Assembly: GCF_009914755.1 (NCBI RefSeq)
Contig: NC_060931.1
Direction: 5' to 3' (one strand)
Source of the DNA: the human T2T-CHM13v2.0 reference genome, Homo sapiens
Length of the DNA stretch: 64,000 nt
The position numbers and the translations under genes were made by a program. Under the pieces are notes generated by a model, which saw only the letters and a list, made by a program, of their open reading frames with translations, did no database searches and was not told the DNA's origin. The first letter of the stretch is position 1. Each line of letters begins with the position of its first letter. Shown one piece after another: positions 1 through 13,720 of the stretch.

Positions 1-537
1 CATTACTGGGTATATACTCAAAAAACTATAAATCATTCTATTATAAAGACAGATGCACATGTATGTTTATTGCAGCACTACTCACAGTAGCAAAGACATG
101 GAATCAACCTAAATGCCCATCAGTGATACACTAGATAAAGAAAATGTGATACATATACACCGTGGAATACCATACAGCCATAAAAAAGAACAAGATCATG
201 TCCTTTGCAGGGACATGAATGGAGCTGGAGGCCATTATTTTTAGCAAACTAATGCAGGAACAGAAAACCAAATACTGCCTGTTCTTAGTTACAAGTGGGA
301 GATAAATGAGGAGAACACATGGACACATAGAGGGGAACAACACACACTGGGAACTGTCAGAGAGTTGATGGTAGGAGGAGGAAGAGGATCAGGAAGACTA
401 GCTAGTGGATGCTGGGCTTAATACCTGGGTGATGGGATGATCTGTGCAGCAAACCACCATGGCACATGTTTACCTATGTAACAAACCTGCACATTCTGCA
501 CATGTACCCCTGAACTTAAAAGTTGAAAAGAAAAAAA
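1..537 (+). mobile_element. L1 (L1PA13-16 type) 3' end, truncated by window edge
   Basis: Typical L1PA ORF2-end/3'UTR text (ATGTCCTTTGCAGGGACATG...AACAAACCTGCACATTCTGCACATGTACCCCTGAACTTAAAAG) ending in an A-rich tail. Confidence 0.92.
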
Positions 538-544
538 TTCTTTG

Positions 545-1000
545 AAGACTGGTAAAAAGAACACTAGCTTTTGTGTTTATTAATTTTCTCTATTGTTTTT
601 CTATTTTTAATTGTATTGCTTGCTAGTCTTATTTTTATTACTTCCCAACTTTTACTTTTTTGGTTTTAATTTGTTCTTCCTCTTCTATTTTCATAAGGTA
701 GAAGCTTCTATTATTGATTTGAGAACTTTCTGCTTTTCTAATGTAATCAATTGATAGTATAAATCCCCCTCTAATCACTGCCTTAGCTGTGCTCCACAGA
801 TTTTGATACGTTGTGCTTTCATTTTCAGTCAATTAAGGTATTTTCTAATTTCCCTTGTGATTTTTCTTTGATACATAGAAGTACTTAAAATTATGCTGGG
901 TAATTTCCAGAACATTTTTGGTTTTCTAGATAGCTTTCTGTTACTGATTTCTAATGTCATCCTGTTTTGGTCAGAGAATACAATTTGGATGTTTTCACAT
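545..1000 (-). mobile_element. Old L1M ORF2 fragment
   Basis: ORF 638..832 (ENESTTYQNLWSTAKAVIRG...SQINN) resembles the L1 ORF2p segment just after the endonuclease domain. Confidence 0.8.
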
Positions 1001-1009
1001 TTCTCATTT

Positions 1010-1730
<721 letters not shown>

Positions 1731-2431
1731 TATGGCTCCAGATACGTTCTATGTTGGTGAAATGTACACATGAAAAGAATGTATATTCTGACATTGTTGG
1801 GTGGGATTTAATATATAGATGTGAAGTTGGTTGATAATTATATCTTCACTGATTTTCTCTCTAATTGGTTTGTCAATTACTGAGAAAAGTATTAAAGTCT
1901 CCAACAAAGCTGTGTATTTGTCTATTTCTTTCTTCACTTCTGTCAGTTTTTGCTTTATGAAATTAATCTCTATTATTAGATATATACACATTTAGTATTG
2001 TTACATATTCTTGATAAATTGTCCCATTTGTCATTATTTAATGCTCCTGTGCATTCCTGGTAATATTCCTTGTTCTGAATTCTGTTTTGTCTTGTATCAG
2101 TGTAGGCACATTTGTTTTCTTTGACTAATGTACAAATAGTATATTTTTTATTATCCCTTTACTGTTAACCTATTTATTTTTATACTTAAAGTGGGTTTCT
2201 TATAGACAGCGTTCAGTTTTTTATTCAAAATGACAATCACTATATTTTAATTGGGATATTTAGGCCATTTACAATTAGTGTAACTTTTGATATAGTTTGA
2301 CTTAAGTCTACCTTTTAAATAGTTTTCTGTTTGTCCTATATATTCTTTTTTTGTTTATTTTTCATTTCTCACTTTTTTTGATAAATGTATTTTTTTATGA
2401 TTGCATTTTATTTCTAGTATTGGCTTATGAG
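1731..2431 (-). mobile_element. Old L1M ORF2 endonuclease-region fragment
   Basis: ORF 1749..1991 (FIKQKLTEVKKEIDKYT...IREKISEDI) resembles L1 ORF2p EN; likely the continuation of 545-1000. Confidence 0.7.
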
Positions 2432-3120
2432 TTTTTCTTTAACTTTAATTTTAGGTTCAGAAGTACATGTGGAGACTTATTGTTATATATAGGTAAGCTG
2501 TGTGTCATGGGGGGTTTGGAGTACAGATTTTTTAATCACCCAGGTAATAAGCATAGTGTCTGATAGGTAGTTTTTGATCTTCTCCCTCCTCCTGCCCTTC
2601 ACTCTCAAGAAGGCTCTGGTGTCTGTTATTCCCTTCTTTATGTTTATATGTTCTCATTGTTTCGTTCCCACTTATTAGTGAGAACATGTGGTATTTGGTT
2701 TTCTGTTTCTGCATTAGTTTGTTTATGATAATTGCCTCCAGCTCCATCCATGTTGCTGCAAAGGACATAATCTCATTCCTTTTTATGTCTGCATAGTATT
2801 CCATGGTGTATATGTGCCATATTTTTTTTTATCCATTCTATCATTGATGGGTACTTAGTTTGATTCCATGTCCTTGCTATTGTGAATAGTGTTGCAGTAA
2901 ATACATGCATGCATTTGTTTCTTTATTGTAGGATGATATTTATTCCTTTGGGCATATACCCAATAATGGGATTTCTGGGTCAAATGGTAATTCTGTTTTA
3001 AGTTCATTGAGGAATTGCCAGACTGCTTTCCACAATGGCTGAATGAAATTACATTCCCGCCAGCAGAGTATAAGCATTCCCTTTTCTCTGCAACCTCATC
3101 AGCATCTGTTATTTTTTGAT
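2432..3120 (-). mobile_element. L1PA15/16-type 3' end (non-inverted part of a 5'-inverted insertion)
   Basis: ORF 2532..2804 MEYYADIKRNEIMSFAATWMELEAII matches the L1 ORF2p C-terminus; T-rich tail at 2432. Confidence 0.92.
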
Positions 3121-4020
3121 TGCTCAAAGCAATTTACAGATTCTGTCCTATTCCTGTCACACTACCAATGATATTCTTCACAGAATTAGAAAAAAACTAT
3201 TTAAAAATTCATGTGGAATCAAAAAAGAGCCCAAATAGCCAAGGCAATCCTATGCAAAAAGATCAAAGCAGGAAGCATCATGTTACCTCATTTCAAACTG
3301 TACTATAAGGCTACAGTGACCAAAACAGCATGATACTCATATGAAAAGAGATGCAGAAAGCAATGGAACAGAATAGAGAGCCCAGAAGTAATGCTGCAAC
3401 CTACCCCATCTCATCTTTGTCAAAGTTGACAAAAACAAGCAATGGGAAAAGGATTCCCTATTCAATAAATGGCGCTAGGATAACTGGCTAGCCATATGCA
3501 GAAGATTGAAATTGGGACCTTTTCTTACATCATATACAAAAATCATATCAAGATGGATTAAATAATTAAATGTAAAACCTAAAAGAATAAAAACCCTGGA
3601 AGATAACCTAGGCAATACCATTCTGGACATAGGAACTGGCAAAGATTTCAAAAGCAATTGCAACAAAACCAAAAATTGACAAACGGGACCTAATTAAACT
3701 AAAGATCTTCTGCACAGCAACAGAAACTACCAACAGAGCAAACAGACAACCTACAGCATAGGAGAAAATATTTGCAAATTATGCATCCAACAGAGATCTA
3801 ATATCTGGAATCTATAAGGAATTTAAACAAATCTACAAGCAAAAAACAAATAATCCTATTGAAAATTGGGCAAAGGACATGAACAGACACTTTTCAAAGG
3901 AAGACAAACACACAACCAACAAGCATATGAAAAAATGCTCAACATCACTAATCATTATAGAAATGCAAATCAAAACCACAGTGAGATATCACCACACACC
4001 AGTCACAATGGCTCTATTAA
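3121..4020 (+). mobile_element. Inverted ORF2 segment of the same L1
   Basis: ORFs KAIYRFCPIPVTLPMIFFTELEK and [10 protein letters not shown]...[17 protein letters not shown] are L1 ORF2p; ends where the minus-strand piece begins in the consensus. Confidence 0.9.
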
Positions 4021-6837
4021 GGAGACTTAGTAGTTATACCACCTTTAAAAATAATTACTTGTTGCTCTGCTTTCTGTACAGTAGAAGAACCTTACAGTAG
4101 TGTACTTAGCATGCTAGTGGACTCTCCCAGTTTCCTACCATTCTCCAATCATTTTTGTGTTATTCTAAACTGTGAATTTATCACAGTTATTTTAAACTTT
4201 CGTGCTAGCCCCTTAAAATTTTATCTTTTGTCTTTTCTCTTCTTACCTGCTTGTATAGTAGTCACTCCTTCCTCTATGCTCTGCTAAAGGTGAAACAATT
4301 TGTGTTTCCTGTTTACCCCCAAGAGGGGCTTGTCTCTCTGGAATTTGTTTATTTGGGTGCCTAGTGGCTTCAATTCTCTGATAGGCTCACAAAATATTAT
4401 GATTTTATAAATTATACAGCTTTTAATTGTTATTGGAAACAATGGCTTAAGTGATATTATCTTGTAGCTTTCTGCATCCTTAGTGGCAGTGGAACTTCAA
4501 TGATGGGATTTTGGCATTTAGATATTAAGTGAATGCTCTAAAATGCCGTGAGTAGAGAGTGGTGTTGAACTCCGAAACTCACTTTCCCTCCATTATATCA
4601 TATTACATTATTAAGCTCTTTAAATATTTGAATAATATTAGTAAGTTTTATATTTATACAGGGGTTTTCCAATTAAGAACACTTTAGTTTTTACACTTAG
4701 CAACTAATTGAATCTTTGTAGTCTTGTGATTTACACATTACTAAGGTCCTCAGTTTACAGGTGAGAATTAATAACTGAAGCTGGCAAGTAATGGAGATAA
4801 AACTCAAATCTGCTTCCAAGCACATAGAGCTTTTCAAAATCCATGCCTATCTATGTGGATATTTAAAGCAGATATACCCATATGGATTATTTAAATGTTG
4901 AGTTTATTCCCTAAAAGATAAAACATAATTAGTGAGAAATTTAGTTCCCAAAATGGAAAACTAATTAGTGAGAAATGGCACTTAATAGAAAATTTATTAA
5001 TTGTAGAGCTACTTATAGTCATTGATATCATCCCTTTCTGTAGGTGAAAGTCAAATGGATGATTATCTTTGGAACTGTGCTGTTATTTTGGAAAAAAAAG
5101 AAGATTTTGCTGTTCTTGTAATGAGCTGTAACTGCTTCAGAAATAATGTCAATACGTCTTTCCTAGCATTTGCCTATCAGTTGGAGACTATTATTAGAGA
5201 ACAAATTAATATTTTATTAATATTATCATTTACACATCCTATTTTAATAACCCATGTACAATTATACTGAAAAATAAAAGATCACATAAAAATGTATCTT
5301 AAGGACAAAGAAAACATTATTTTTGAACTTACACATATTTTAGACATTAAAATTTATAGAATTCAAAGTTGAGGTAAGTAGATGGTTCACTCATGCCACA
5401 CATATGAGAGGGCACAAATTTGAGCAGGATGTTCTTCCTAGTACATGTTTTACATGAATTGCTCTCTATTTCTAAAATTGGTTTGAAGTCACATGATGAG
5501 AAATGGTAAAGCATTGAGTTTATAGTATGGGACAATTATACCCCAAATGCCTTAATAATTTAATAGGTTTCAGATCAAGGTTCTAGAAATACTTATGAAC
5601 TAGAAGCATGTAGTAAGAGTTGAAGAAAATAACAAATACTACTTGTCTCAAAATATATTCTATAGTGCCTAAATTCCTGCCACTGAATTACCTTTGCAGG
5701 TTTAGTGTATTGCTTCTAAATGGAGCCTGGAAATTTCACTTTTTATCTGAAGAGGAAAAAAAAAGTCGGGCTAGCCAGCCATCCATTTGCAAAACTGATG
5801 GTACTGAGGGACTGGGATTGTGCCAGATGACTTTGAACAGGAAACAGATCAGAAAGGGTATAAAGCTTAGGACACTTCCTCAGAGAAGGTGATCTCAGTA
5901 AACACAAGGAGATTGGACATACAAGAGAAGAGAATGTAGCAAGGAGTAAAAGATTTCAAACCGTGTGATAGTTTTTCCCAGAGACTTAGCAGACAATGTA
6001 CTTGCTAACAAGGATTATATCTCGTCCTTGTCAACACCAAATGAGCAAGTATACACTATTTACCAAATCTTCACCATATTCATGACACTATTCTGGAAGC
6101 AATGAATATAAAAAGCAGCATGTTTCCTCATTTACACAGTCTGTTATATATTTTGAGTTATATTAGTACATAAAAAAGCAAAGATAGGCAATAGCAAAGA
6201 TAAATATCCACGAAAGAAACTGAGAATCCCATTGAGTGTAACAGAAAAGTCTGATAGGCAATTTCTAGATTCAGATAATTGAGACCAAATTCCAGTGAGG
6301 CATTAGGATTTGAGATAATCCCTAAGACTATTCCTAAGATAAATGTTTGGATGAGTGGAATTTTGGGGTGGCATCCTCCAAAGGGAGCTACTCAGAAGAA
6401 GCAAAATTCAAGAGAAGTAGACACAGTTCTCTGGAGCAGATGATTCTCTTTTGGGAAAGTTGGAAGATTAACAAGGAGTTTTAAGACAGGATTGGATTGT
6501 GGGGTCTACTTCTCATACCTTTCTTACTCTGTTTCTTAAATGTTGATGTTGCCTTGGCCTCCAGTCTCAAGCTGCATTTCACTCTGCATACTCTCCCCAG
6601 GAACTCGTATTTTCTCCTAAGACTTCAGTTTTGAAGAAAATGTGTTGAAGGTCTTTAAGCTTATATATCTAATCATTTTGTTTGTAAATTGTTTGCTTTC
6701 CAATCTAGTATATCCAATTGCTTATCAGACTTCTATACTTGAATGTCTCAAAACCATCAGAGACTAAAGTATTACAATCTGATCTCATAATCTCTCTCAG
6801 CATCCTCTCCTAACTCCTTTTCCTATAATCTTCTCTA

Positions 6838-7015
6838 CTTACTACCTGTGTAGCTTTGGGCAAGTTGCTTAAGCTCTTTGTATCTTGGTTTCTATATTTG
6901 AAAAAAAGGAATAAAAATATTGTTTTTTTAGGAGTTTCTGGGAGGACAAAAACAAGTTAATACATGTCAAGCTCTAAGAATAGTGCCTAGCATGTAAGAA
7001 GTCCCCAAAAAATAT
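6838..7015 (+). mobile_element. MIR SINE
   Basis: MIR core TTGGGCAAGTTGCTTAAGCTCT...AATAGTGCCTAGCATGTAAG. Confidence 0.75.
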
Positions 7016-7577
7016 CATTTTTTTCCAGCCATCTGAATCAGTATATCTTATTACTTTTGTCTCAGCATATAACTGGTCACTAAGTGCTATCAAATATATG
7101 CCTCTTCATTTCCTTCTTTCAATCCCCTCTAGCATGACCTTAGTCCAGATGTGCATCACTTTTCAACTGTATCATGATAATTGTAATAAGGTGATAACAC
7201 ACTCTCTCCAGTTTCACTTCTCTCCCCTCTGTCTTCCAAAATGCCACCATTGTGACCTTTTGAAACTGCACTGAACAAAATGCTTCAAGGATGAATGACA
7301 TTCATAGTGAGACCCAAATTCCCTTGAACAGCACTGTAGGCCCTACGGGTACCTCTTTGGATGTCTATTTCACTGCTTTCCCAATGACTCCTGGTGTTTC
7401 AGATATATTAAATATTCCCTGTCCTCTATATTTTTGCAAATGCAATTCCTTCCACTTTCAAAGTCCATTCTCCAACCCCTTTCTTCTCCTATCTAACTTT
7501 TACTTTTTCTTTATGACCAGGTCATACACTTTGTCTTCCTCACTGTGATCCTTCCCAGCCTGCTCTGGGTTGGGTGA

Positions 7578-8040
7578 TGTATCAAGAAACCAGCAGGAAA
7601 CAGGTGGCACACTCAGGTGAGTAATTTGAGGAGGATTTTATAAAGGGATTATTTACAAAGGTTTAGACAGGATTAAGGGAAACCCACAAAAGTAGAACAG
7701 AACCCCGGCAGTAGCAATAGCTTGGTGCTATTATTACCCCTAGGCCTGATGGGGAAAGAGGAGGTAACGTCTTATGGCTTATCCTGGAAAGGACCACCTA
7801 ACAGGAGATGTGGTCTGTTGTACAGCCTGCAGCTATCCCTCAAGGAGGAACTGGGGGATAAATATCCTTTGCTCAGTGTCCTTGCACCCTTTGCTTACTT
7901 TCTTTTATTGTCTGAACTCAACCTGAGGCTAGAAGGTAAGGCTGTTAAAGTAGCTATAAGGTCTGTGTCCTGGGAGCACTGAACACTGTGGAGGTGCATG
8001 GAAAGGGGATCTGGAAGGACAAATGAAAAATATTCAACAG
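7578..8040 (-). mobile_element. LTR33-like ERVL solo LTR
   Basis: Reverse complement begins TGTTGAATATTTTTCATTTGTCCTTCCAGATCC and contains CCCCTAGGCCTGA, as in the recalled LTR33 consensus. Confidence 0.7.
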
Positions 8041-8828
8041 AGATGCTTTCTTCCGCAGGACCTAGTCCCTAGGACATACCTTTATTATGAAACTTAACAT
8101 GCAATATTGAATACATGTCCACTTTGTCATAAATTGAGGAATCCTTTATCCTAGGGACTATCTTTTTATTTTCTCAGCATCCCTATACTTTAACAGGTGC
8201 TTGAATGAATGAATTAATTAATAAATAGCAATGTCAGGGTAAGGTCTGTGCCCTATAAAACACAAGGAATATTACTGTTTGAAGTTAATTACCTAATTCG
8301 CTTTCTAGAACTTTAGATTTGTGCTACAATTTAGGATTTTTCAGTTAAGACATCATGTCTATTTCTCTTTGGTATAATATGTAAATGAGTGGAAGTATGC
8401 ACATGTGTTGTTTATTTCATAATTTAAAAAAATGATGATGGGTCAGACAAATACCAGACAATTCACAGGCTTTAGATAAATATGAGAAAACAATTTCTCT
8501 AAGAAAATCATCTCCATTTAGTCATTTATTCACTTGATTTAACCCCATGCTGCTATTAGTTATGCAGGGAAAATAGTGTTTTAATGACTCTTCAGAAAAT
8601 GTTCACCACAGGAAGAAATACCATATGACTGGAATAGGCTAACAGGATATTTATCTCTCTGTGCATTTTGTGGGTCTTAATACCATCACACCTACGTGCT
8701 CCAAGAAAGATATTACAGTAGAGCAGCTGCTAACAAAGGGCTATATAATTCATATGGAAATTAAGACTTTAGAAAGAGCAAAGTCCTTTTGAACATGTTA
8801 ACTAGCCTAAATATGAGATAGAAATTAT

Positions 8829-9130
8829 GGCTGGACATGGTGGCTCATGCCTGTAATCCCAGCACTTTGGGAGGCCGAGGCGGGTGGATCACCTGAGGTC
8901 GGGAGTTCAACACTAGCCTGGCCAACATGGTGGAACCCCATCTTGACTAAAAATGCAAAAAAGTAGCTGGGCGTGGTGGCGTGTGCCTGTAGTCCTAGCT
9001 GCTTGGGGGGCTGAGGCACGAGAATTGCTTGAACCCAAGAGGCAGAGGTTACAATGAGCCGAGATCATGCCACTGCACTCCAGCCTGGGTGACAGAGGGA
9101 GACTCCATCTCAAAAATAATAACAAAAAAG
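8829..9130 (+). mobile_element. AluSx-like full-length
   Basis: Two arms, A-rich tail, TSD AGAAATTA. Confidence 0.95.
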
Positions 9131-9835
9131 AAATTACATGATCTACCATTTATATTAATCAGCATGACTATGGTTACAATTAAAGATAGCTTAGAATATG
9201 AAGAGTTAATAATATACAGTAATTATGTATCTTGGCTTTTTAAAGTAAAGCACTTTTATCAAGTGTTGTTAACTGGTTATGATAAATATAATCAACCCAA
9301 ATTCTTTTGTAACAAGAAAAACAAGTTTTTAAGAGTTTGAGAAAGACATACAAATTAGAAAAAAAAAAAAAACAGATGAAGAAACTGATATCAAAGAGAT
9401 CGTAACCACGTGAAATCACTTTCCAGTTGGACATAGAGATAGAACCCCTGTTTCTGGACTCCTGAGCCTAAATTCCTGATATCACATTATGCTGCCTCCT
9501 AATGCTAAGCACTAGTGGGATAAGATCATGTAAAGTTGGGCAGTCAATTTCCATAGCATTCTACGCGGGGGCTGTGCTTTCTGGAGAGAGCCAAGAACCC
9601 TGTTACAGAGTACAATGATTTGCTTAATAAGAGTTTTAATATGGAAGCCCAGATCCATTTATAAACTTATAAACTACAGAACTAGAAAATGTCTTTACTA
9701 AGGACATTTTGTTGGTGAATGGTTGTAAGATGGCATCATTAATAGCTTATCAAAGAAAAGCAGGACTTGTCCTGTGTTACTTTTTGGAAAATAGTTTTCA
9801 TAAATAGAAATAACCATTTTTTAAAAAGTACCTTT

Positions 9836-10214
9836 TGTATTAGTCCACTTTCACACTGTTACAAAGAATACTACTGGAGACTGGGTAATTTATAAAGGGA
9901 AGAGGTTTAATTGACTCACAGTTCCACATGGCTGGAGAGGTCTCAGGAAACTTACAATCATGGCCAAAGGTGAAGGCAAAGCAAGGACCTTCTTCACATG
10001 GCGGCAGGAGAGAGAAGTACAAGCAGGGGAAATGCCAGATGCTTATAAAACCATCAGATCTCATGAGACCTCACTCACTATCATGGGAACAGTATGGGGG
10101 AAACTGCCCCCACAATCTAATCACCTCCCACAGGGTCCCTCTCTTGACACTTGGGGATTATGGGAATTTACAATTCAAGATGAGATTTGGGTGGGACACA
10201 GCCAAATCATATCA
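9836..10214 (-). mobile_element. THE1D-type MaLR solo LTR
   Basis: TGTATTAGTCC...AGCCAAATCATATCA termini; 5-bp TSD CCTTT/CGTTT. Confidence 0.92.
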
Positions 10215-11949
10215 CGTTTTATGGGAATTCCATTTCTTCCCTTTTGTACTATGAATTTTACTTTCCTTATGTTTTCAAAGCTCAGATTTACTATTAATTT
10301 TCTTGACCTGTTCCCAGCACCCTCCCTAGTCATTCATATTGGCTTGAAAGCTGAATAAAGGGGAAAAATGAGCTGAGAAACAACTATTCACTTGATTAAA
10401 TTGAACCCATTTATTTTCATCTCACGGATGAGAACTTATCATCTGAAATCTCATCACCATTTGTTTTAATCTATTCTATGTTTCTGGTGGCAAAGTGAGA
10501 CTCTTCAAGGCTTGGAGCTATTTTTTGATGTTAATCCTTGTAAAACTAGTACTAATCTTTGTCATTTATGACAGGTCCTGACATTGGAGCTGCTTAGTGC
10601 CAATTTGGAGGAAATAGGATACAATGTTATCTGAGCCATTTTTCCCTACCTGGCAAACATCAGGGATCTCTCTTAAAATAAAACAGAGATTCTCTTTCTG
10701 CTTAGAAAGTCTTATCTCTAGCCCTTCAACTTTTCCATGGATCTCAAAGGGAGATCTCTAACTCCCTCTGGATTTTTCTCAAAAGCTTCTCAAACTTGTC
10801 TCTTCCTTTCAAAACTTCCTCTTCCATCAGTCTTCCCTAATTCAGTTACATGGAAAATATGGCCCCAATTTGGGTGTTGGGGAAGGCTAGAAGTGGCCAA
10901 AGAAGAATATAGAGACCTACACTAAACACCTAAAATCTCATCCACTGGTCTCTTTGAGAATGCAATTAAACTATGACACATAGGAAATGAATTTACAAGT
11001 CAGTTAGTACATCTACCTGCCTTGAGGTAGTGACTACACCTAAACACTCACTGATGTATGTGAAAAACCAGTCCTCTGGAGGCATTTAGAAAACATATTC
11101 TGAAGTAGGTATTATGACTTGTGTGTGAAAAGATGGGTAGAAGGTTGAATATGAATTTGAGATATGTATGAAAAAAAAAGACAAAACAACTGAAGCCTAT
11201 TCCGTGAGTGGAGCAGTGTGAGTGTCTCTTAGGGAGAAGCCCTTGTACAGTGTGAAAGGAATTTTCTGCTGTCTTTGAAACTTGCTTCTCTCTAAGGTAT
11301 TTTGTGAAATTATTAGGAACAGAGCAGGGCTCAGCTTTAGTAAGGTTTTGATTAGTGTTTGAAAAGCCTTCAGAGTTTGTCTTAGATGCCTATAATGGGT
11401 GAAAGTAAACTGCATATCATAAATCATACCAGTTTATTAGTAGTAGGTGGAATAAATCCTGAAGTGAGTGAACAGAGAATTAATGAGAGTGCTTTATTCC
11501 TAAAGCACTTTATAAGATATATATGCAGTGAAGCAGCTGCAAGTAAAAGGTCTGGCAAGAGGTAGAAGAGGGAGGATACTGAGTGAGGTGTCATTCTCTG
11601 AAACTACAGGTATTTGCCACCAAACACCTTGATTTGGGGACCTGGGTTGCTCAGTGTTGCAAAAATAGCAGGTTGTGTGTCTGAAGAGATTATACAAAAC
11701 GACTGGCTGAAAAGGGTCAATTGTTGTTTTTAAAAGTATTTATCCTGGGTTCCTAGCATCCATGAGCTGAATTTGTTCCTCAGAATGCATTGGGAGACCG
11801 GCAAGAGACTAAAGGAAAACCAATATGTAAAATGAGAGCTCATGAGTTTTGTTACCCCTAACAACCCCATACTGCCTCTTCCTAGGAGTCACTCTTATTT
11901 CCCAGGTCTCTCATGGCATCAGGATTTTCCTCCTCCCTGGCCCTTTAAC

Positions 11950-13130
11950 AGCTTGTCAATACACGCAAATGTCCACATACTTAACAGCTATTATAGCATC
12001 CCTTGATCTTGAGTCCCCCTCCCGCTCAATATTCTTTCTATTTTTTTGTAGCCAAATGGGAAAGAAAAGTCTATTCTCACCACCTTGGCTCTCCTCAACT
12101 TCCTGGGATTCTCACATCCATTACTGTGCGGAAGTGGGCTTCTCCCAGGTGACTGGTAGCCTCCCACCAACAATATCAGTCGCATCCTCCAGGATCCTAT
12201 GGCTTTTGAGTCACTACCATCTCTCAATTTTCCTGTTAACTTTTTGACTACTATTTATCAGTCTCCTTCCAGGCTTCTTTTACTTTTTGGAAGCCTGTAA
12301 ATGCTGATATTACCAAAGGATGAGTTGTTGGCTCTGTGACACTCTCATTCTCATATTCACTGCCATGATCTCAAATATCATGATTTCCACAAATTCTATC
12401 TCTAACCTAGACTTCATATCTGAGCTGCCGATTATCATCTTCACCTGGTTGGCCTTAAGGGCATCTCAAAGGTCACACAGCTAATTTCTATCTTCAGGTA
12501 AGTTTTCTCCATCCTCTTAATAGAATTACTTTGCAGTCACTCCTGCTGGAAACCTTGCCATTTTTGACTCCTCCTTTTCACACTCCCGGGAATCAATCAA
12601 TGAGTCTTGCTGATAGCACATCAGAATTAACATCGCAATTTCCTTTCTCTTCCTCTGTTGTTTCTGACATTCCCTTCATATGTGTTGCCTCATTTCTCAA
12701 CTAGTTTAAATAGGCTCCTAATAATGTTTTTCCTCTAGGCATCTCAATTCTTCCCTGCACTTCTACCATATTACTTTCTCTAATCATGTCTCTTTCCTTC
12801 TTAAAACAATGAATCTGTATCAAGAGCATCAAGTTAATTACCATGGTGTTTAAGGCACTTCATAATCTGTTTCCAGGCAACATTTTCAACATTGCATTGT
12901 TTTTAACATATACATTTCTTTTCCACCACACTCTCAAATCTTGTCTTGAACTCCTAAGTATTGAATCATACTAGACTACATGTTATCACCCAAAATATGC
13001 TGGGTGCATTTGAGCCTTGATTATTTTGCATATACTTTCTCCCACCCCTCATTTGGAATTTAGTGTTGCTGTTCTTTGCCTCCTGGTCTCTCCTTCTTCA
13101 AGCCCAGCTCATGTGTCCTTGCCTCTGTGT
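11950..13130 (+). mobile_element. Degenerate L2 fragments
   Basis: Pyrimidine-rich L2-like motifs (ATCTCTAACCTAGACTTC, GGCATCTCAAA, TTTGACTCCTCCTTT); boundaries approximate. Confidence 0.55.
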
Positions 13131-13170
13131 AAACTTCCTTAACTCCCAATTCCAGAGGCAGAATGAAATC

Positions 13171-13552
13171 CCATTCTCCCCTCCTCCCCCTCCTCCCTTC
13201 TCCACCCTTCCCTTCCCCTCCTCCCCTTGCCTCCACCTCTCCACAACTCCTTCCCCTTCCCTCCACCTCTCCTCTACTCTCTCCTCTTCTCTCGCCCTTC
13301 CCCTTTCCCCTCCCCTTCTCCCCTCCCCTGGTCTCCTTTCCTCCCCTCTTCTCCCCCTTCCCCTCTCCCCTCCTCCTGTCCCCTCCCCTCCTTTCCTTCC
13401 CTCCACCTCTCCTCCACTTCCCTCGCTGTTGTCCCCCCTCCCCTTTCCTCCTCCTCTCCTCCACTCCCTTCCTTCCCCCTTCCCTCCCCTCCTCTCCCCT
13501 CTTCTCCCCTCCTTTCCTCTCCTCTTTTCTCCTCCTCTCTCTTCTCTTTCTT
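13171..13552. repeat. ~380-bp C/T low-complexity polypyrimidine tract
   Basis: Almost only C and T (CCCCT, CTCCT, CCTT units); source of the Pro/Ser and Gly/Arg/Glu ORFs. Confidence 0.97.
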
Positions 13553-13569
13553 ATACTTCGAGAAATCAT

Positions 13570-13720
13570 GGAGCAATGTGGAAAGGTCATGAGTTCTGAT
13601 GTCAGAACAACTTCAGTGCCATTCATAGCTTCTCTACTTTCTAGCTCTGGACATTTAGTAAGTTATTTAAACTTTCTTTTTTTTTTTTTTTTTCAATTAA
13701 ACCATCTGTAAAAGGGGTTG
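13570..13720 (+). mobile_element. MIR SINE
   Basis: TTAGTAAGTTATTTAAACTTTC...CATCTGTAAAAGGGG core. Confidence 0.6.

Larger units (their letters stand above)
6540..8225 (+). mobile_element. L2 remnant interrupted by MIR and LTR33
   Basis: Degenerate L2 motifs (TATCCAATTGCTTATCAGACTTCTATACTTGAATGTCTC) and a GAATGAATGAAT tail near 8205. Confidence 0.6.

Noticed and set aside
9840-10358. ORFs of 74-132 aa
   Set aside because: THE1D LTR translations.
13060-13711. Six overlapping ORFs of 100-188 aa (Pro/Ser/Leu or Gly/Arg/Glu rich)
   Set aside because: Artefact of a C/T tract that lacks stop codons in all frames.
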